From Eledone cirrhosa (taxonomy: Eukaryota), in assembly GCA_964016885.1 (NCBI GenBank), contig OZ024743.1:96286001-96350000 (forward strand): a stretch of DNA of 64,000 bases, read 5' to 3'. This document shows, piece after piece, positions 55,432 to 64,000 of the stretch. Position 1 is the first letter of the stretch; each line of letters begins with the position of its first letter. Under the pieces are notes generated by a model. It was not told where the DNA came from and searched no databases. It was given only the letters and a program-made list of their open reading frames with translations. The position numbers and the translations under genes were made by a program.

Positions 55432-56599
55432 CTGTGTGTGTCTGTGTGTGTTTGTGTGTGTGTGTCTGTGTGTCTGTGTGTGTTTGTGTGTGTGTGTGTG
55501 TGTGTCTGTGCATAGAACAAATGAAAAAGGACAGAAGTCAGATGTAGGTAGTTATTTCATTGTTTAACGATTGTTTGAGGGGGTCGATTGACTGTGGAAG
55601 ATCAATGTATCAACTGGTAGAGGTTAAGTTACTACCCATTTCTAGTCCCAAAATTCCTGTTCCATTGGCTGTCTTCTTCAAGAAACACTCAAATATGTAA
55701 ATGACTCTGTAACCTGGACGGATCTTCTTCGAGGATACTTTAAGCAGTGACCACCTACCACAAAAACTACTGGTCACACCACCTAATGTCCCTGCAACCA
55801 TCTTTCCAAGGACACATTGAGTTCTAACAGCATTCTCAACCCCACCACAACCAGGTGGATTACGATATATATACTTGGGGAGGGTCATATTTGTGTAATA
55901 ATATTGCCAGAATTAATAACAGAACACACTCACTGTTTGGTTGGTTTTCGCTTCTGTGTCTTTTATATCGGTTAATTTAATTTATTCGGTCCTCAATGTT
56001 ACCATTGACTGACCAACGGTCAAAAATACAGATACAATATAGACACAAACACATATATATAGTCTAACAAAGTTCTTTCGTTGCACATCTGGAACATCGT
56101 CAGTGGTGCTATTATGTTTCGTCCCGTTGTATTGTATGCCTACGCCATCTTTATTTAGTCCCCAAGTATAACAATATTTGTTTCGACACACAATTTCATA
56201 TAAAAAAACCTCGCAAAACTAACTATATATATATATATATATGTATATTGTGGGGCTGCCGTGAGATCAAGGGGGCATGTGAGGCTACCATGGGAGGGAG
56301 ATTGCTGGAAGATGGGGTATGCCTGAACAGAAGCAGGAGGACATTGACATCACATGAGGGGCGAGGGACCAGGCGTCTGTGTGTGGTGCTGGCAGTTTGT
56401 GCTGTGAGCAGATGTGTTGTGTGAAGGCAGATGCTGTTGGAGGTACCCCAGATGGAGAGTGGAACAACTCTCGCCAAAGTGATTCGAAGATGCAAGATAA
56501 CTCCGAATGCCTCCGGCTACACATATATTATAGGCAGCATAGTTACATCTGCTTTTACATGTTTGCATGTGTTAGGTGAGTTCTGTCCAGTACATCTCT

Positions 56600-57110
56600 T
56601 CGCCATTTTTTCTTGTGTCATCTCCTTTGTAAGTTTCAGTATTTACCACTTCTGCTCATAACTTCCTTGGCCTCCTTTGTCCATAGCTTCCTTCCACTTG
56701 AAACTCCTGACACTTCTTCACTTAACAGTTATTCATATGTATCACAAGCCTTCCTGTGAAGCCTTCTCTCCTGCATTTATCTCAATTTATCTCTGCTTCA
56801 TTATTGATGTACACTGATTTATACATCTAATGGAGTATATTTGATTTTGTTTCTCTTCAGCCTTCACATATCTCCTGCATTCAATCCACATGTCTCACTG
56901 TTATACAGTATTGCACTCCTCTGTAATGACCTGAGTTGAGGACCAAGCCTTGATGAACACCAATGAGCACATCAATGTATTCCTCACTAAAATCATTTCT
57001 TACTTCCATTTCACTAACAGCAACTTGCATGGCTCTCATGAGCCATTCAACTACATTTAGTTTTCTTAGAGACAGAACAGATACTACAAGACATTCTACC
57101 TGACACTGTA
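56600..57110 (-). mobile_element. Very decayed RTE fragment
   Basis: LRKLNVVEWLMRAMQ..IGVHQGLVL. Confidence 0.65.
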
Positions 57111-57149
57111 TCTTCATATTCTTCTTGCATCATCCCTCCATCGAAGGTG

Positions 57150-58030
57150 AAGCTTGCACAAAGCCCTTGTTCCAAACTTCCTGATCCCTCATCACAGCAA
57201 GAAGATCCTGTCCAGTGAGGCCAGTGTCCCTAATGGTTATGTTTAAATATCCCACTCAGTGCTTTGCATCTGGTGACCAGAGAAACAGTTTCCCTGCAGG
57301 TTTATCATGGTAGGAAACATTACCAGCAAAAGTCAAGTGACAGGAATGAACTTTTGATGAAACTGATGGCTGATCACAATAAAGAACTTTGTTGGTTGTG
57401 TGACTTTGCCATGAAATGTTGAACACTACATGTAATATCTTGGTGTAGGAACCATCAAGTCTCTTTGAGTGAGGAACACTGAGAGTACAGGATTCTGAAC
57501 CATATAGTAAGATGGTTTAGACCATAGCTTTGAAGATTTGCACTTTGTAGATCTTGGGATGGGGACTTTCCAGAGTTTTTGAGGTGAATTTAGTGCACTC
57601 CATGGTTGACCAATTCTGGTGGTCATATCAGGCTCAGAGTCAGAGTAACTACCGAGATAGTTAAATTCTTAAACCAGTTTGATATGTGACCCACCAGAAG
57701 CATGTAGTGACCTGCAAGTGGATGAATTCATACACAGAAAATTAGTTTTTGAAGCATTGAGAAATAAAGCCACCTCTTGGCTGGCAGTCTCAACACAGTG
57801 GAGGAGGTTCTGAGCTGATTCAATAGTATCTTCCAGAAAAATGATGTCATCTGCATAGTCAAGATCAGGGAGCACAATAGCTTGATGATGGTGACTTCAA
57901 TGATTCTTGATGGTTACACCAGTATTTGTGATGGCAGTGTGAAGCGCATAGTCCAAACATAAAAAGGAATGGAACAAGTGCACCACCCTGCAAAACGTCT
58001 GCATCACTTCCAGCAATCCACCACACTTGG
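57150..58030 (-). mobile_element. Decayed RTE-like LINE (RT to 3' end)
   Basis: VLQGGALVPFLF, DLDYADDI, AQNLLHCVE, LNASKT, YLG. Confidence 0.85.
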
Positions 58031-59207
58031 ACTGATAATTTACTTGTTGATTCTGAAAGGGTGAAAGGCAAAGTTGACCGTAGCAGGATTTCAATTTCGA
58101 GCACAGAGTGCCATAATGACAGTCAATTTGCCACCTATAATTAATAAAACAACAGAGAATGTGTATATGTAAATGATTGTGTTAAGTCAAAATATGTCGT
58201 TAGTAACCAAAAGCTTTAAAACGTTCAGATGAGAAAAATGTTATAAGCTTAAATATGTTCTGCACTTTGTTGCTTCGCCCTTTTTTAAATAAAAAAATAT
58301 ATTATTTTTTTTTATAGGTGCAACTTTGATCATTTTTTCCCACTAATTCAATGTTGAAAGTGAATTTTAATCTATTTATTGACCATTAATCAATCATCTA
58401 TTAATCAATATGTATATTTTATATAAATTGAGAAACTTGAAAACATCATGTTGATTTTTTCAGGGTTTTTTGTTTATAGAAGAATTAAAGTATTGAAGTG
58501 ACTATAATATTATAGTACATACATCAAAAGTTCTTGTTTCATTAAGTTATCTGTCTGTTTGTCTCTCTGTCTATCCATACATCCATCTACATACACACAC
58601 TTGAATTTACACACATACATAGTAAACTTGAGAATTATGCTAGTATTAACCATTTTGATACTAAACCATATATAACCAGCCTGGTTTTATCATACAAAGC
58701 TGTTTATTTTAAAGTGTTTATATTTGTTTAAAAACATTTCATCATAGTTTTATATAAGAACCTTTGTTAAGCTACATTCCAAACACTAGATTAATAACCA
58801 AAAAGTTTCTTATTATAAATTTATATTTGTGCCTGTAATTGTTAAGTGTGTTGGGATCATAACAAAATGTTTAACCCTGTTGATGTCAAACTGTGGGAAA
58901 GTGTCTCACTGATTCTATTTATCTAAAAACATTCTGTTATAAAGGACCTTTATTAACTCTTAATACCTTGTTGTGAAAATAGTAGAAAATATTAAAAAAC
59001 AGATTCTTTACTAGTGAGCATATTGTTGTGAATATTTGTTGTAAACTAAAGTCTAATAGTTAATGTAATACAGTCATATTACTGTATTTAATTTTTATAA
59101 TGAGTAAATAACATTTTCGAAAAATACATAAGTGGAAACAAAACAGTGCAATCAAATATTTGCGGAAAAATATCTTACCTTCTCCAATACAAAATAATAT
59201 GTATTTT

Positions 59208-59657
59208 GTGAAACCCAGAGACTTTCAATAACGACCAGAAGTCGACCCTAAATATTAATAATAGCTCTAGGAAAGCTATGAACGACAACACATCTTTTTA
59301 ACTTTGATTTTGATTTTGAAATTATTAATTTTCATTTTAGTTTTGTAGCTGTCTCAGTGGCCTAGTTGGAGAAATCATAGATGGTGGAGACCCTGGTCTG
59401 AAGTTCGGTCCTGATCGGGAAAAGGGTTTTCATTTTTTTTTATATTGGTTCTCCACCGTCTCTCGTACCTACCACTAGGCCACAGAGACAACTACTAAAA
59501 TCTTATGAAAATTCATACTTATAAACCTACTTTCAAAATTTACAAAACAAAGTGTTGTAGTGTCATTCATGTATTTCTTAATGTTATTGCTCCTACTTAA
59601 GGTCGACTTCTAAATCATTTGGGCATTCCATAAATTATAACCTCGTTTCGTTTCACA
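59208..59657. mobile_element. Diverged fold-back/MITE-like element with tRNA-like centre
   Basis: Arms AGAAGTCGACC...GTAGCTGTCTCAGTGGCCTAGT...GATGGTGGAG pair with CTCCACCGTC...ACTAGGCCACAGAGACAACTAC...GGTCGACTTCT. Confidence 0.7.
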
Positions 59658-59852
59658 TCTATCTAGACTATATTTTAACCTGTAATCCATGTTTTATTTC
59701 TGTTGCACCTCATTTGCGCCTGCCCCCACCTCTCACTCTTTCTCTCAGTGATATTTGAATCTACTTTGGGGCTTTATTCATATATATATATCTTTTTTGC
59801 ATGTCAGATCCAAACTTACAATGATTGGCATTATATATATATATATCATCAT

Positions 59853-60174
59853 TCCATTTTACGTCCACTTTTTCCCTGCTTGCAAGGGTGGGACGGGAAC
59901 TGATTCTGGCTTGATTTCTACAGCTGGATGCCCTTCCTAACACCAACCTCATTTACAGTGTGTGCTGGGTGTTTTTTTTGCCGTGGCACCTACACGACCA
60001 CTTTGCAGTGGAATGATATGGACCCAGTCCCTATCATCTCATTTCTACAGCTGAGTAAACTGGAGCAATGTGAAATAAAATGTCTTGCTCAAGGAAACAA
60101 CACATCACCCGGTCTGAGAATTGAACTCACAACCTTTCAAGGCCAATACTCTAACCACTAAGCCATGTGCCTCC
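59853..60174 (-). mobile_element. SINE family B, full length
   Basis: Reverse complement of 47737-48063. Confidence 0.93.
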
Positions 60175-60876
60175 AATATATTACTAAATGGAAACTATAT
60201 TTATAAAACCATATTTATTTTATTATACATATTTCAAGGGCAACCAAGGCAAATTATGGTGCGCTTTCATCAAATAAAATACTGATTTGTTTTATAAATA
60301 AATATTGATATACCCGAAAAAAAGACCACCTTAACGGTTGGAGCTTCCTGGATAGGAAAAATTCACAAAAAATGTTAAGCTTGTTGAATCCCAACAAATT
60401 AAATATAACCTCTACATATATATATATATCCAATATATTAACAAATGGAAACTATATTTATAAAACCATATTTATTTCATTATACATATTTCAAGGGCCA
60501 CCAGAGCAAACTATGGTGTGCTTTCATCAGATAAAATATAATATATAGGGTAGTTTTATAAATAAATATTGACATACCCTTAAAAAATGCAACCATTCTG
60601 GTTGGAATCTCCTGCAACCAGAATGGTTGCATTTTTTAAGGGTATGTCAATATTTATTTATAAAACTAACCTATATATTATATTTTATCTGATGAAAGCA
60701 CACCATAGTTTGCTCTGGTGGCCCTTGAAATATGTATAATGAAATAAATATGGTTTTATAAATATAGTTTCCATTTGTTAATATATTGTATATTTACTCC
60801 AATAATTTGTTGAGTGCTTTATATCAGTTATAAAAATATTTTGCTTGTTGTATCCCAACAAATTAAATATAACCTC

Positions 60877-60939
<63 letters not shown>

Positions 60940-61100
60940 ATGATATTAATAAATGGAAACTATATTTATAAAACCATATTTATTTTATTATATATATATT
61001 TCGAGGGTACCAAAATGTTGGTACGCCCTCATCATATAAAATACAAAATTTGTTTTATAAATGGTGACATACCCAAGAAACCAGACCTTATCGGTTCAGG
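60175..61100. repeat. About 255-bp tandem units plus a near-perfect palindrome with about 175-bp arms
   Basis: AAATGGAAACTATATTTATAAAACCATATTT at about 60186, 60442 and 60951. Arms 60431-60604 and 60616-60790. Related sequence at 38150-38345. Confidence 0.85.
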
Positions 61101-61944
61101 TTCAGTTTGGATAGTGAAAGAAAAATTTCAAATCTTTAGGATGAATATGTAAATGAGGTTGAAACGTAAGGCTGAAAAAAAATCGTTATATTTAGACTCT
61201 AGGTAAAATTTAAATAATTATTAGGATAATCTATAAATGGAAGAAGAAAGAAAAAAAGAAAAAAAGAGAGTCTAATATTAATATTAGTGTGTAAGAAAAT
61301 TTAAGGAATGATTATAAGAAAAAATTATAGTTAGAAATACACTATTATTAAGATAAAATTGTATGGATCAAAGAGAGTGATATAATTATATTTAATTATT
61401 TAATTATATAATCATATATTTTGGTAGTATCTATAAAATAATATAAGAGTTAAGAATGTGTTGAAGTGGTAGAATCCCAATTTAAAATAAAAATAAAAAT
61501 TGAGATATTCAACAAATTATTGGATCTATTCAAATCATGAGTTATAATATTATATAGATAATATTTATAAGTATATTTTAAGGTTGTAAGCATACTTTAG
61601 TTTATTATATTACAACGGGTTATTTATATAAATATTTATATAAATATTTTTGGTGAGTATATATGTTGTTATTTTCACTTGATAGATAAATAAAATTAAA
61701 TATTGTTATATATGTTAAGGGTTACGAAGAATTTTGTGTTTACATTTCCAATATATAATTAAGAAAAGGACGTAGTTATAAATTTTATTTGAGAAAATTA
61801 TTATTTTTATTTTTTTTCAGAAGATTATTTTGATCATTCAGATAGTTCAATCAAGATAGGAAACATTCACAAAAAATTTATTAAGTCAACGAAAATAAAT
61901 ATTTATGTAAAGTTTTTACGTAGAAGGAATGTTTAAGCGTGTTC

Positions 61945-62023
61945 TTTCATCCTTACGGGGTCGATAAAATAAAGTACCAGTAATGCACTGGGTAATTGCT
62001 GGCCTTGTGCCTAAAGTAGAAAC
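61945..62023 (+). mobile_element. SINE family A, 3' half
   Basis: Core and tail. Confidence 0.85.
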
Positions 62024-62479
62024 AGTTATATTATAAAGGAAAAGATAACTCCAATGTTTCTTAGTTAAAATAATTATGTTACTTTGTCATTTAATTCTAG
62101 AATTTACTTTTAAAGAAATATACAATTAAGATATATGCGGAATTTAAGTAGAAAAATTTAAAATATTATTTTGTATATAATTATAAGGTATTTTATATTA
62201 TATGTTTTCAAAGATGAGAATTCTTTTTATATATGTATTTAGATAGTATTATCTACATCAATGCATGTGTTAAATTCTATATAGTGAAAAAACATTATTA
62301 CAGACATCATAAGTATATTTAGAAACATTATCAAAATTATCACAAAAAAGATATATTTCAAAATATCATTGAAAACCATTAAAAAGAATATCATTTGAAA
62401 AATATTAGATAAAAAGAAAATATCATTTAAAAATCACCGCAAAATCTCGACAAAAACATAGTGAAGAGATATAAAATGT

Positions 62480-63740
62480 AAACAATATATTCAATAGATT
62501 AAAGATACTTCTGAAAGTCATTTTTTGACGATGTCTACAAGAACTGAATAATTCTTTCTTTTTGTTAATAGAGTTTTGGCAGGTAAATATATAAAATATT
62601 TCTTCAATACATAAATGACAAATTCTTGAAAGAGCTATATTTCGGTATGCGGGCGCTTTCGAAATCGTTCCCCAAGAGATTGAATAGTCAATATTATTGT
62701 CTTTTAAGTACCAAATTAGATGTGAAAGTGATGTAGAAAATTTTTTATCGGATCTATTAAAAGTATGTTTGTGATTATACCAGCGTTCTTTAAATTTTGT
62801 AGAAGTGGCTCCTATATAGTTATATATTTTATCTCTAGTTTGTACTGTGCATTTGTATACTAAGTTTTTATCTAGGCAATTATTTTGTAAAGGGAAATTT
62901 GATTCGTCTCTACAGTTACATTTTCCAGAGTTATTGTACTATGAAAGGTACTATTATTATTAGTATTAATACTGTTATTAGTAATATTAATAGTTATCTT
63001 GTTTATTTGGTTTGGGTTTAAATTTAAGTTTCTATTATTAATTCTATTTATATTTTGTGCTATGTTCATCGTAGTAGAGTAAGATAGTTTAATAGTATGT
63101 CTGTTAAAAATAGAATGGTATCTATTGGATTTAGGAAAACATTTATCTAATGCTTTGAAAAATAGGTTTGCTACAGGTGTTTCAACGCCTATCGAGAATG
63201 GGGGAGAGTACCAAATAATATTTTTAGTTCTAGTTCTTTTGTTTGATTTACTATTTATGTTAAATTGTTTATTATTATTATTATAGTGAAATTTAGGATG
63301 ATCTTTGCATGTTATTGTTATCTAAGTATTTAATTTTATTCGTGTAGGCAGCTCTATATAAAGCATCATTGTAATATTCTTCCTTGTTATCAAAAATATT
63401 TTTATTAGCTGAAATACGTGAAATTCGTTGCTGGACGCTATTGACAATAGTATTTTTGCATTTCTAGGATGGTTAGAATGGAAGCTTACGTAATTTAGGT
63501 TTTCATTAATCTTATGGAAAGGGTGATATAGACCTGAGATAGGGTTTAAAGTTACATCTAAGAAGTTAACAGTTTTATGATTATTCTCAATTTCTAATTT
63601 AAAGTTGTAATTATTGAAAAATTCTATTATAGATTTCTTTTTCCTATTAAGTTCCTATTAACATATTGCTATGGGTTTTGACTATAAGTAACATATCGTC
63701 GCGATATAAACCTCCGGCTATCTCTGGCATTTTTCTATGT
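62480..63740 (-). mobile_element. Second Naiad-like Penelope-like element, frameshifted, with a pseudo-LTR-like direct repeat (about 61352-61580 recurs at about 63758-64000)
   Basis: GLYRDD, VNFLDVTL, WYSPPFS, CNCRD, LVYKC..YIGAT..FKERWYNH, CHLCIEE, SCRH. Confidence 0.88.
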
Positions 63741-64000
63741 TACATAGAAAAAAAAAGATAAAATTGTATGGATCATATCAGTGATGGGCAAAGAGAGTGA
63801 TATAATTATATTTAATTATTTAATTATATAATCATATATTTTGGTAGTATCTATAAAATAATATGAGAGTTAAGAATGTGTTGAACTGGTAGAATCCCAA
63901 TTTAAAATAAAATAAAAATTGAGATATTCAACAAATTATTGGATCTATTCAAATCATGAGTTATAATATTATATAGATAATATTTATAAGTATATTTTAA

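Noticed and set aside
55610-55888. 92-aa non-repetitive ORF
   Set aside because: No recognisable domain or gene structure, and it borders repeat fragments.

Overview
This is AT-rich, microsatellite-dense animal DNA with no host gene I can support. The repeat families suggest an octopus or other cephalopod (inference). The window is almost entirely decayed mobile elements and repeats. These include several RTE-clade LINEs, fragments of RLE-type LINEs, two tRNA-derived SINE families (one sharing its 3' tail with an RTE LINE here), three Penelope-like elements (PLEs), a mariner remnant, MITEs, and 21-, 28- and 31-bp satellites. The most notable signal is non-coding. I find about 16 type I hammerhead ribozyme (HHR) motifs, intact or decayed, from roughly 10 unrelated sequence families. 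Many sit one per unit in 360-590 nt ORF-less units that are terminally redundant, often have an inverted partial copy, and are inserted in (TA)n tracts. This resembles a diverse community of retrozyme-like or non-autonomous PLE elements. All motifs were read and folded by eye, and coordinates of decayed elements are approximate.
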